From contig MU058781.1 of assembly GCA_013265495.1 (NCBI GenBank), positions 5,397,050-5,461,049 on the forward strand: a stretch of 64,000 bases of DNA, in the 5' to 3' direction. Positions 50,281-62,675 of the stretch are shown one piece after another (positions within the stretch are counted from its first letter, which is position 1; each line of letters opens with the position of its first letter). The notes beneath the pieces were generated by a model. That model had not been told where the DNA came from, ran no database searches, and was given only the letters and a program-made list of their open reading frames with translations. Made by a program: the position numbers and the translations under genes. The DNA is from Vicugna vicugna (lineage: Eukaryota).

Positions 50281-51926
50281 AACGTCTAATTGTGCTATAG
50301 CCTAGAAAAACTGTTCAGCATTCATTTTCAAGTCTTACATCTAGAAATATGCTTTCCAAGTTTCCTTTTCTTGTTGAATCAATATTTGCATAGGAGAACA
50401 TCCACAAGAATATTTCAGATACAGTCACTCTATGCAGAAATGCAGAACTCTTAAGTGTTACATCGCGTTACATTTTTGTGGGTTTGCCCTGTGTTTTCCA
50501 CAAGATCGTTTCTCCTTCCTTTTATCTTGAGCATTAAAATATTGTTAATGATTATGTCAGCCACAAGGCCACAGCTGCGAATTAGAGCTGAGTTTGCCTG
50601 CGTGAGAAAGGGTTAATTTTACACTTCTAGAGAGTTTTACTCTCTCCTGTCATAAATTTTGGATTTTACGACAAGGTAGGAGTAAGCAAACATTTTTAAA
50701 CAGTCATGGGAAGTTAAAAAACACAAACATATGGATGTATATATGTATGCACATAGGCATATATGTATATGTATATATAAAAGCCATGCTAATTTTCATC
50801 AGAAGTTAAAAGCAAATTATCAGGCTCCATTTAAAAAATGCTCTAGGAATATTTATTAGGCAAAATATATAATATTTATAAGAAAGAAGTTTTATTGGGC
50901 GAAGGTCCTAAACCACAAGATATCATCTTCAAATCAAGACTATAAACACATTTAAATCTCTACCTGTCTTAAATCTCTACCTGTCTCATTTCAGGCCGCA
51001 GTAAACCAGCCTGACTTTTACTGGTTTTTACAGCTTGAAAAATGATTTGGATTAAGTTTCTGAGGAGAGTCTATCCTGAGAAATCTCTCCACGGTCTCAA
51101 TGTTATTGTGACGGTCTCACGTCTAAGAAGGCTGCTGTAAGCAAGTCTCGATTTGGAGGACTAGAGATGTTCCTCCCCCAAACCCATACAACTCCAGACA
51201 GTTTTTAAGGGTGTGTGTGGTGCGCATGTGGGTGTACTTGCATGTGCACGCACATGTTTCCCCATCTCCTTTTAGCTTAAGCAAACAAAGCAATACATGC
51301 CAACCATTTATCTACAATTCCAACATAAATAAGACTCAATACAAATATTTTAACCTGTTTCATCACAGTGGCTGTAACACCAGTCTTCAAGTTGTATTCA
51401 GCATCTGGCACAAGTCATATTTATCTTAAACAGGAGTGGGATTTTACTTACATGCCCATAAAACAGAACCATTTTTAATATTTATAGTAGTATCATTTAT
51501 GTGCTATACAAATATTTATGTAGCTCTTCATATATGCTAGGTCCTTTGCTGAACATTGAGTATTCAAAGAGCAAAAATCAAAAATACAAAGATGTTATAC
51601 TAAAGGCTGTCAGTCACGAGACACCCTATCAAAGACACTTGCTTCATTGAGAGCTCTCTCCTTCACCTCCCCTTCAGAAACAGATCCTAACATGCACAGA
51701 AGCCAAGCCATGCATGAGGTTCTAACCATACCTTCTTTCCATGCCTGGCTACTTTTAAGATATGCAAACTGTGTTCATGTCTGTAAGTAAGTTCAGAACC
51801 TACTCAGTGGGATTCCAATGTGCAAAACAGGAAATTTTATTTTATTTAATGGATCTTATCTTGCTCCTGAGCTCAGAAGTGCTCCATTTTTGGTCAGTTA
51901 GAAAGTGGCGGCTTATTTTCACACGT

Positions 51927-52479
51927 TGTGCAGAAGAGTTAATGCAGCAGGTCTGAGACTGCTGTCTTTGGAAGGGCCAGCTTGCAAGGTTGGCTCTTGG
52001 CTGGAATCAGAGAATTTGGGTTTGGGGAGGGTTCTCCCCAGTCCCAGGGCTGATAAGAATGATTCATGGTTCCCAGGCTGTCTACACAAACAACACAGTT
52101 TATGCTGCACACCTGCTTTGCTTTGGGGAGTCTGAGATTTTGGCACCTGCTAGACAGAGGGTGTCTATGTGAGCAACTTGCAGTAAAAACCCTGGGTCCC
52201 AAGTCTCTAATGAAAATCCCTGATAGACAGTGTTGCACATGTCCTGTTACAGCTCACTACTGGATGAATTAAGGGGTCCTACGTAACTCGGCTGGGGGAA
52301 GGCCCTGGGAAGCTTGTGTCTGGTTTCCTGGACTTCGCCTCATGTGCCTTTTCTCCTGCTGATTGTACCAGGTGGCCTTTCACTGGAAGCAGTCACAGCA
52401 GTACAGCTCTATGCTGACTTCTGCCAGTCCTCCTAGCTAATCACCAGACCTGGGAGTGGTCTCCGGGGCCCTCAACACA
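51927..52479 (+). mobile_element. MER68-like ERVL solo LTR, full length
   Basis: TGTGCAGAAGAGTTAATGCAGCAGGTCTGAGACTGCTG..GCTTGCAAGGTTGGC start; end GGGCCCTCAACACA (TG..CA termini). Confidence 0.85.
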
Positions 52480-52484
52480 CCCAT

Positions 52485-53270
52485 AATTATTGAGTATCTC
52501 CTATGTGCCAAGCACTTTTCTAGCAGCTGAGGACAGAGCAGTCAGCAAAACAAAAACACCTGCTCCAGGGAGCCAAGGAGAGGAGGGAGTCAGGCAATAA
52601 AAAATAAATAAGGAAATTATAGAATGTGCCTGTTGTAAGAGGTGCGATGGAGACCAATAAAGCAGGAAAGAAGGTGTGGAATGTTGGGTCTGGGACTTGT
52701 TATTTTAAATAGGGGAGTCACACAAGGCTTTGAGTTAAGAGCACAAGGAAGTAAGGAAATGAGTTGTGTAAATATCCAGGGACAGAGTTTTCTAAGCAGC
52801 GGGAACAGCTGGTGCAAAGGTCCTGAGGCACAAACATGTTCAGTTAAGGAATAGCAAGGGGGCCAGTGTGGCTTCAGGGCCGTGAGCAACCAACAGAAGG
52901 GGTAGAAGATGGGCTGGAGAACATGGGGGGGCTAGATCCCATTAACCAGCTTTTTGGCTCTTATTCTGAGTGAGACAGGAAACTATTGGAGGTTATGAGC
53001 AGAGGAGTGAGTTGATTTTAAAGCACCATTGTGGCTATTTACAAAGGATACTCTGCAGAGCAGCAAAAGCAGAAGCAGAAATAATGGTTAGGAGAAGATT
53101 GCAATAGGCCAGGATCTGTGGATGGAGCCAATGATGATTCCAAGCTTTTAGCCTGAACGACTGATGAAGCTGCCATTTATTGAGGTGGGGAAACTAAAGA
53201 AAGAGCTAGTTTGGAAATAGATCAGAATCAGAAATTTTGTTTTTGGGTGTGTTAAGTTCAAGATACCTAA
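52485..53270 (-). mobile_element. L2 3' region
   Basis: TTATTGAGTATCTCCTATGTGCCAAGCAC, GGGAACAGCTGGTGCAAAGGTCCTGAGGC, TTATTCTGAGTGAGA, GATGATTCCAAGCTTTTAGCCTGA. Confidence 0.9.
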
Positions 53271-53279
53271 TAGTCTAGC

Positions 53280-53385
53280 AAAGAGGTACAATTATTTCCA
53301 TTTTGTAGATGAGGAAACTGAGACATAGAGAGGTTAAATGACTTCTTCAAGATCACACTTGCAATCTTCAGAAGTAAAGTGACTC
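53280..53385 (-). mobile_element. MIR core
   Basis: CCATTTTGTAGATGAGGAAACTGAGACATAGAGAGGTTAAATGACTT..AAGATCACAC. Confidence 0.9.
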
Positions 53386-54004
53386 TCTCATGGTACAAGA
53401 GTAAACACATTTTAATAATAAATACATAAACATTTAAATAATTATAATATAACAAATACAATAAAAGAAAAATATTCTTGTCATTACTAAGCTGCAGTTT
53501 ATCAGCATATGGTTGGTGGCTAAGTGATCAACCAAAGTCCAGTTTTCCCCAGATAATTGTCTATTGGGAACAGAAGTTCCAGGATTGTGCATTGCCATTT
53601 GACACTGGTTTCCAGTCTAGGATCAATGAATGATAGTTGGGGATTATTGATATGTTTCTTCAACATTACTGTCAAGATGATTTAACATTTTTATTTGTGT
53701 GTAGTATACTTTTAGAGCTGTTTAACTTTAATATGGCAAAGAAAATGCAGAAATAATCTTAATATGCATTCCAATGCAGTCCCTGCACAGATATTTTAAG
53801 ATAAATAATAAATTGAATAATTCATTTAAAGGAGAGAAGGAAATACCATTGGGGTAAATATTTAATCATTATCTGAATAAGTGGTATGCAATGGTTGTAA
53901 TTAAAATTCAATACTTTTTATGTGCCAAGTCCATGTTTGTAAATATCTCATTTTGCGATACCTGGAGGCTGCATTGCTAGTTTTATTTTCCTTATTAATT
54001 AGAA

Positions 54005-54500
54005 ACAATTACCTTAACCTGGTAAACATTCCCTTAACCAAGGGATCAAGGGCAGCCGTAAATCCCGTTGATATCTTCTACCCCAGTAGGATGCAACGGG
54101 AATGGCGCTTCACCTCTTTGCGTCAAACTCAAATTGAGGGAAACGGTCTACAGAATACCCATCCTGTACTCTTCAAAACTGTCAAGGTCCTGAGAAATGA
54201 AGAGAGTCTGAGAAACTGTCACAGATCAGGGAGACTAAGGGTACATGACAACTAAATATAATGTCGTGTCCTGGAGAGGATCCTGGAAGAGAAAAAGAAT
54301 GTTAGTGGAAAAACTGATGAAATCCCCTCAAAAAAGATCTCTAGTTGCATTAATAGTAACATACCAATGTCAGCTTCTTAGTTTTGGCAAACATACCGCA
54401 GTTATGCAAGATGTTAACATTAGGGGAAACTGGGTGAAGGGTGTATGGAAACCCCCAATACTATCTTTGCAAATTATCCTAAAGACATTTATTCTAAAAT
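54005..54500 (+). mobile_element. L1MC/L1MD-like 3' UTR
   Basis: GTACTCTTCAAAACTGTCAAGGTC, GAGAAACTGTCACAGA, GTTATGCAAGATGTTAACATTAGGGGAAACTGGGTGAAGGGT. Confidence 0.88.
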
Positions 54501-55949
54501 GACTCCATTCCTGTACATCTATTCATACGTTTGGTAAGATACAACTTGCTTTGAGAGTTTGAACATTTATTAATTCAAAATGTTGATGTACCCTACTATT
54601 TGTCAGATAGTTCAGAAAGGACTAATTCAGCCTGCTGAATGCATTATTAAACAATGAGAACTCAGGTTGTGTTAGTCCAGGTGACATCCCATTTTCTACT
54701 TCCAAGACCAGAGGAGAAAACATTTTGCAAGCTTTGGTTGGAAGTGGAGGAAACCAGATAATGAAACCACAGACACAAAATAACAAGCAGTAATGTGTCT
54801 ACTCAAACTAAGAGTTCTGAAGAATATTAACTATGAATAGGTTGGACTGATGATCAGGAAAATAACTTCTGATTGAGGGGGAAAGCCCATGCTATTAGAT
54901 TCTTTTTCACAAAGATTGTGGGAAGCAGTTTTTTTTAAACCATACATAAAGATAACAAAGACAAAACGCTTTGCTTCCTCACATCTGTGTAACTTTAGAT
55001 TGTATGTCAGCTCACCTTTCAGAAAGCCTGTGTAACGTACAGTTTAAGTCACAACAGGGAAGTGGAGACTAAAAAAGGAATGCCATTTTTTTAAAAACTG
55101 AAATAAAAGGATAAAATAGGAGGAGAAAAATCGAGGGCCAGCATGAGTTTAAAGAATTCTCTGCATTTAATCTTGAAATCAGGATTGCTAGTTTAAAAAA
55201 GCCACTTGGCATAACCTGTTTTGCTAGTAATTCCCTTTTTTCGGTTTGTAAAAGTTGAAAGTCTAGCTAAGCCAAATAATAATGAAACTGCTAGCATAAC
55301 TGTTTAGTGATTTTTTTTTTCAGTAGTGAGACAAAGGTTCATACAAAAATAACCCTGATTTAGAACTAGAGTCCACTCCAGGCCATCGACGCTTACCTAG
55401 ATTAAGGTACGGTCTCTTATACATGATTTCGAAATGCTTTTCTGCTGCTCAGCTGTCACACTACCTACTTGGATTATACTAGTAGCTATGAGTATGCTGA
55501 ATAATTGTGGTCACCACGGAGGACAGCGTTGATAGACCTACTCTCCTTGAGCCCAAGGCAGGAGGGTATTTAGGACAATGCACCCAGTTCAATAAAATGA
55601 TGAATCAAGTTCAACAACAACAACAACAAAATGCAGCCCAAGTGAAGTATTCTCTCACATATTCAATTAAAAAAGGAAAGGAAAAAATATAAATTTGAAA
55701 CCTGTAGAATTAAACTCAAAATGAAATACAATTGGTAATTAGAACTTTGATAATGCAGTTTCAGAATATAAACACTCGACCAAAGTGATATTAATCATTT
55801 ACCAAGTGAGTTTACTAAAGGTGAATATATTAGTGGCAGGTTCTTTTTAGGTAGCAGCAGGAAATCTCAGAAACAATTTTGGTGTAATCTAATCAACCAC
55901 CCTCTTGCTAATTGAGGAAACTAGCCTACAGAGTTGTAATAATGGCCAG

Positions 55950-56097
55950 TAATTATTGGAAGCTTATTGGCTGCCGCAGACCCTGCATAATTTCATTTAG
56001 TCCTCACCAGAATTAAGCAAGCAAGTAAATTTCTTAAAGATGAGGAAATTTAGGCTAAGCAAGGTGAGTAACTTATACATGATCATGTAGAGAGTGG
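55950..56097 (-). mobile_element. MIR SINE truncated at the L1 junction
   Basis: TTCATTTAGTCCTCAC..AGATGAGGAAATTTAGGCT..AGGTGAGTAACTT..GATCATGTAG..AGTGG. Confidence 0.7.
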
Positions 56098-57088
56098 TGA
56101 AAAACTCAAAAGCTTCCCACTAAAATCTGGGACAAGACAAGGATGCCCACTATCACCACTCCTATTCAGCATAGTCCTGGAAGTTCTAGCCACAGCAATC
56201 AGGCAAGAGAAAGAAATAAAAGAGATCCGAATTGGAAAAGAAGAGGTAAAAGTGTCACTATATGCCGACGACATGTTACTATATATAGAAAACCCTAAAA
56301 GGTCCACACAAAAACTACTAAAGCTGATCAAAGAACTCAGCAAGGTAGCAGGTTACAAGATTAATGTTCAAAAATCAGTTGCATTTCTTTACACTAACGA
56401 TGAATCAACAGAAAAAGAAAGTGAAGAAACAATCCCCTTTAAAACAGCACCCAAAGTAATAAAATATCTGGGAATAAATCTAACCAAGGAGGTGAAAGAA
56501 TTATACACAGAAAACTATAAACCATTGATGAAGGAAATTAAAGAAGACTTTAAAAAATGGAAAGATATTCCATGCTCTTGGATTGGAAGAATCAATATTG
56601 TTAAAATGGTCACACTGCCCAAGGCAATCTACAGATTTAATGCAATCCCTATCAAATTACCCAGGACATATTTCACAGAACTAGAACAAATCATAATAAA
56701 ATTTATATGGAACCATCAAAGACCTAGAATTGCCAAAGCATTACTGAAGAGAAAGAAAGAGGCTGGAGGAATAACTCTCCCAGACTTCAGACAATACTGT
56801 AGAGCTACAGTCATCAAGACAGCATGGTATTGGTACAAAAACAGACATATAGACCAATGGAACAGAATAGAGAGCCCAGAAATGAACCCATAAACTTCTG
56901 GTCAACTAATCTTCGACAAAGGAGGCAAGAATATACAATGGAATAAAGACAGTCTCTTCAGCAAATGGTGTTGGGAAAACTGAACAGCAGCATGTAAAAA
57001 AATGAAGCTAGAACACTCCCTTACACCATATACAAAAATAAACTCAAAATGGATCAAAGATTTAAACATAAGACAAGATACAATGAAC
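56093..57088 (+). mobile_element. Relatively young LINE-1 ORF2 internal fragment (reverse transcriptase domain), non-functional
   Basis: One frame [69 protein letters not shown]; no frameshift, two stops (56891, 56981); no ORF2 C-terminus, 3' UTR or poly(A). Confidence 0.97.
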
Positions 57089-59457
57089 AAGTCTTATTCA
57101 TGTCCTATACAATGTTGTGTGATTCTTTCCTCCGAAAGGGTAGATTTCATTTCTTCCTTGTGCAAACCAGTGGGGGAGATGGGAGATGGCAGAGCTGCTT
57201 TCAAAGGCCATTGATCTTCTATGGGACTCACACAGTGCTTGGGCAGAAAGCACCCCATGTTCTGTATGACTCTTAAAAGAAAACACATGTGGATTATGAT
57301 ATCACTGCATAGCACATTGTTCTTACAATTTTATATGTCTTATTTCCATTGTGTTAATGGACTTTAAGAAACAGAAAAATTAAGTCTATCTCCCATTGTA
57401 CATTAAGAAAAATACATCTTGCTTTATATTTTGATAGTGCCTCTGTGTAACTTAATTTCAATCATGTAACAACCCAGTGTGTACAGAGGGCAGGCCTTAC
57501 CCCCATTTTACAAGAAAACTGAGCCTTGGGTTGTGACTTGGATAAGACTTGCAAGACAGCCTTAAAATCCACATGAGTGCAATTTCCTAGCCTAGCAAGC
57601 TGAAGGTTGGTGGATCTTACTGATCAACCTTCAGCTTGATTTTTGCCCATGTGGATGTTGCATAAAGGACCCTGAATGAAGACTTAGAGCAGAATGATCT
57701 TACAGTCGAGGGACAGGCAGTATTGGAGGTTGGTTAACAAATGACCTACTGGTTCAACTGTTTCACAAGCTTTTAGTGTAAGCTTCACTTGACTTCTCTC
57801 TGGAAATATCTCAGACATTGTCATATGAATGCTGGTGTATATTACCCCACAAGGACAATAAGGTCATATTACCCTCGGTGTGTATCTATATAAAGATCCT
57901 TCAGTATGCAAATCCCCTTGGTGTGATACAGCTGGTTCCTTATGTTAAATTGGTTCCTTCCTTTGTATCTGAAACCACATGTTGGCGTTACAGGAAGAAT
58001 CTTGAAAAGGTTCTGTGCCTTAATATTTGTCCTGGGGCAATGAGATATTATAATTAACAAAGTTCAAAGGATTTTCAGGTAATTAGAATGTATGGTGTTT
58101 TAAAAAATAAGAAACATGAGTTTAGAAGAATTTAAAGACTATCAGAACTCCCTACTACCTTTCCAGTAACCTACTTGTCCAAGTATAAATACCTGCTACA
58201 CGTTATTTGGGGAAATAACCTGAATAGTTAATTAGTACCTTGAATTGGCAGAGTGGGTAGAATAACATTAATATTTATCCTTTGAAGTGCAACTAATAGA
58301 GTTTCAGTCTGTTCATAGTGGAGGTTCCTATCAAACTTCCATTACTTTGGTTGGTTTAAAATACCTCATAAAATAGTTTGAGTAATGAACTATAACAAGA
58401 CTATTTTTAGTATGATTTTTTAGATAATAAAAGCAATGGTGACTCATTTATATAAAGTTCTAAAATTAAAAATGTTAGGTGTTTTTTTTTTTAAATTGCT
58501 TTTTATGAATTCCTGCCAGCCAAAACAATCACGTGCAATATTGTGGTGTATTTCCTTCCAGGTTATTTTCATGTGTAGATTTGGTGTGTATTTTACATTT
58601 TAGTAATATTACTTCACTGGTTCTTAAACTTTAATCTGCAGTGAAGTCAGGAGGGAGAGGTGATCCTGAAGGCTCTGCCAGCTCCACCTGATACTCCCAG
58701 ATTCTGTCTGCTCTCTGTTCTCTACTGTTATTCGTGCTGCATATGTGAGTTGCTGTTCATCCTTGGAGTCTGCAGGAGAATCTTCCTCTTGGGTGAGCTA
58801 TTCAGACAAAGGCTGAGGTACCTTGAAGGTGAGTACCCAAGGGTTAGACTGGGCTGAGGTGTCTGATAAACCATCCACACAGGACGACTGGATACCACTT
58901 GATACTTGCCTCCTTTTTCTGCTCCTTCAGTGGATGTGACACTTCATTTTCCATTGCCACAGTGAAGAGAAGGAAAGCTGAAAACAGGAACTCCAGCAAG
59001 AGCGCTGAGAAGCAGTGAAGCAGTATCATCAAGTGACCAGAGTCTCATTATTAGGGATAGTAGAAAGGTCATTGAAACTTGTAAGCGAGTCACTCATCCC
59101 CAGCACTGAGGGAGGGAATGGTGAATCGTGAATCCTTTTCATAGTTTGATTTCTTTTGATGACAGCATCCAGTGAGGGCTTTGCAGCCCTCACTTTGAAA
59201 AACCTGCAAATGAAGGTTAGTTTGGTGAAGACTGGCCAAGGCCTAACGACTGTCAATCGATCTAATTGGTATTTGATCACAGCAATTGAGGGCAGGTGTC
59301 TTAACCTTTTCTCCTAAGATCTCTAAATAAGATTTCAAGTCTGAAATGCTTATCTATGACAGTTGATTTAGAAAACTGCAAAAATGTGTGAGGGGCATTA
59401 AGGAGAAGCTTTGGCCTTTAACAAACCTTTTATACTTCCTTGGAATAGGTGTGTTAC

Positions 59458-59948
59458 TGTAACAGGGAAGATCAGATCTGATTCGATATTGCATGTTTCT
59501 TTTTCTTCAACCTTTGTATCCTATTGCTTTTGTTACAACTTAAGAATGTTGCCTATAGCCTGAAATATAGAGGATTGTCCATTCTGGAGGCTCTGACCTT
59601 TAAAGGTATAACACTTTTCCATTCATATAGAGATAAAAAGTTGCAGAATAGAGAATAACATTTGTCTTGTTGGAGGTTTACAGGAACATCGTGACCTGAC
59701 CTACCTGGACAGTACAAGAACAAAGGATTCCAACACCAAGAAGTTTGCAACAACCAACCACACCCTCTCCCCTTTTAGGATAGAAGGAGCCTGAATTCTA
59801 ATGGGTAAGATGGTTCTTTGAGACACTAGTCCACCATATTCTCCATCTGCTGGCTTTCTGAATAAAGTCACTATTCCTTGCCCCAACAACTCATCTCTGG
59901 ATTTATTGGCATGCCCTGTGGCGCGGAACAAGCTTGGACTCAGTAACA
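59458..59948 (+). mobile_element. ERV1-type (MER41-like) solo LTR with 4-bp TSD
   Basis: TTAC|TGTAAC...CAGTAACA|TTAC; AATAAA at 59861-59866; AAGATGGTTCTTTGAGACACTAGTCCACCAT block typical of MER41-related LTRs. Confidence 0.88.
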
Positions 59949-59989
59949 TTACATTGTGGTATCTTTGCTTTTACCTTTTTTCTCAACCT

Positions 59990-60530
59990 GAGGGATATTA
60001 GACGAGATCTATACTCTTCAAAATATTAATGTCATTAAAGACAAAGAAAGACTGAGGAGCCATTCCAGATCAAAGATGGGTAAAGACTAACAACTGAATG
60101 CAAAGCATAATTTAAAGGTTCTTGTTTTTTGCTTTTTGTTTTTGCTCTAAAAGACATTAATGGAACAATTGGTGAAATATGAATAAGGTCTGGTTATTAG
60201 ATAATAGTGTTGTATCAATGTTAATTTCCTGATTATGATAATTCTATGAGATTCTGTAAGATAATATCCTAATTTTTGTATATGTGGATATTGATTTCTT
60301 AATATTTATCTTTGCAGTATTTATGGTTAAAGGTAGCATCATGTCTGCATTTTACTCTCCAATAGTTCATAAAATAATCTTAACTGTATACATAAAGAAA
60401 GAAAAGGATAAAGCTAGTGTGATCAATATTTGAGGATTCTGGTGTGAAATTGCATGGAAATTCTTTGTACTATTCTTTCCTCTCAGTTGAAAATTTTGTC
60501 AAGTAAAAAGAAAAATCTAAATAATAAAAA
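59990..60530 (+). mobile_element. L1MC/L1ME-like 3' UTR
   Basis: TACTCTTCAAAATATTAATGTCATTAAAGACAAAGAAAGACTGAGGA, TTAGATAATAGTGTTGTATCAATGTTAATTTCCTGATT. Confidence 0.88.
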
Positions 60531-61479
60531 ATAGCTTTTAAACCTTAAAAATGTTTAACATGGTCTTATTAACATTACATAAATATTGTAAGGCACCACT
60601 GTAAATACTTAGGATAGTTTTAATTATCGATAGAATATGTTTTCCTTTTCATGACAGACACTAAAATTCTAATGGCAAAACATGATTTTACATTTATAGT
60701 AATGAATGATCTAACTGGCCTTACTATATATCATCAGGAACAGCAAATCCTGCCAGTCATCCACCAGCAAGAATTGTCCCCTAAGAGAGCTGATTTACAC
60801 AGCAGGACATCAAATAGATGATAAAGGCACAGAATATAGGTGAGCAATTTAAATGGGTACTCTCATTTTACCACTATACACTTGAATATCACTTTTTCTT
60901 TTCTAAGTATTTTTGCCTATATTATCTCATTTTATACCCTGCATTCATGTACTGAGATTTGCCATTTTTCAAGTACGCATTTTCACAGCTAGATGAGATT
61001 TTTAATAATCTCTATATGTTTGAAGCTGGTTAAAAACAACTACAATCTGAGAAAGACCTCTAATGGACTGGAGCTAGAAAAGGAAGAGGAAGATTTTATT
61101 ATCCTCAAAGCATCTAGAAATATAGGGGTTGCTTATTCTTAATCTGTCACAATGCTGAAAGCTAGCACGTTCCTTGAGCATTCTATCGATGGTAAATCAC
61201 AATATCTTTTAATCATGATAAGAATAGTGATACCAACCCAAGTAGAATCTTATTTCCAGGAGTATATATTTGCTTTACTCTACTAAAATGAAGGTAATTA
61301 GAACTTTGTATCACAAGTCTTTCTATCTAAATCTGACCCCAGGATAAACAGATACTTTATTTTCAAACATGAAGAAAATAAAATGCAGTCGTTTTGAACA
61401 ATGGATATAATTTAGACTCTGCTGTCATCCCTCTGCCTAATTCCCCCCTTATTGTCATGCTCATACTTGCCCCCAGTCA

Positions 61480-61840
61480 AAAAGCTTTTTCCACTGGTTA
61501 TTTCCTTTTCTGGGAAGGCTTTCCCCACGGATATTCATTCACAGGACTCCTGTCCATCCATTGCATCCTTTAAGTCTTGCTTCTGTAGCTTTCTCCACGA
61601 GCTTTCCATGGCCAATTTCTCCAAAATTGCACATCATAACCCACCCCTACTTCCTGTCCCCCTTCCCTGAGTCATTTTTTTGCTTAGCATTTACAGTTTA
61701 CTTGTTTATCTTGTTTGTGGTCTATTTCCCTTCCTGGAATGTAATTTTCATGAAGGTAGTTTTGTTATGTGTTCTATCATTGGTGCCTAACACATTCATG
61801 GCATATCATTCATCTGTTCAATAAACGAATGAGTGAATAC
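61480..61840 (+). mobile_element. L2 3' end
   Basis: CTGGGAAGGCTTTCCCC..GCATCCTTTAAGTCTTGC..GAATGTAATTTTCATGAAGG..GTGCCTAACACA..GAATGAGTGAAT. Confidence 0.8.
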
Positions 61841-62301
61841 TGAAGACCAAATGAATAATAGCAATAATGGTAGCTTAGCAATGAGTAAAAGTACTACTAC
61901 TAATAATAGTAGCAGTGAGCAAATTTATGCACTGCCAAGGCTATCAGTTATAAGAATTTTGTTTGTTGGTTTGTTTCTGTAGCTTTCCTTTTCTTTTTTT
62001 TTTTTTAATATTTTTAGTGTGAATAAATAAAAGACTATGTTTAGTGTGAATAAATAAAAGTAAGTTCCACAGCAGACCCTCAGCTCAGTCAACACTTGCA
62101 TCTCCTGTAAGCATGTGCTAGAAAGAGTTTTACTTTGGCTAACAAGTTACTATGTTGTTCAATGAAAATGTGAACTAACCCCTGATTGATGAATTATTAA
62201 TAATTCTTTCCTTAGATCAATACTGAACTTATCCATTATATAGAAAATGTATTAAGATGTGAAATGTAGGGGGAGGTATATGGAATTGCTGCCTTCCTAA
62301 A

Positions 62302-62675
62302 AGCTATGGACTAAATTGTGTCTGTCCCAGTTCGTATGTTGAAGTCCCAACACTCATTGTGATATTATTTGGAGGTGGGACCTTTGGAGGCAGTTAGGGT
62401 TAAATGAGGTCATGAAGGTGGGGCCATCATGATGGAATTAGTGCCCTTATGAAAACAGACACCAGAGAGCTTGCTTCTTCACTCGTTCCATAATGTGAGG
62501 ACACAGGGAGAAGGCACCTGTCTATAAGCCAGGAAGAGAGCCTTCAGCAGAAACTGGCCATGCTGGCACCTTGATCTTGGGCTCCTAACCTCCAGAACTG
62601 TAAGAGAATAAGTTTCTCTTGCTTAAGCCACCAGTCTACGGTATTTTGTTACAGCAGCCTGAGCTGACTAAAACA
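62302..62675 (+). mobile_element. MLT1A/B-type solo LTR
   Basis: GCTATGGACTAAATTGTG start, GATGGAATTAGTGCCCTTAT, GCTGGCACCTTGATCTTGG, end GCTGACTAAAACA; TSD-like CTAAA/CTGAA. Confidence 0.92.

Noticed and set aside
56061..56072. Strong splice donor AAG|GTGAGT just before the L1
   Set aside because: Falls in a MIR-derived segment with no supporting upstream acceptor.
56252..56893. 213-aa reverse transcriptase ORF as a functional or domesticated gene
   Set aside because: Plain L1 ORF2 fragment lacking the start of the RT domain, with in-frame stops.
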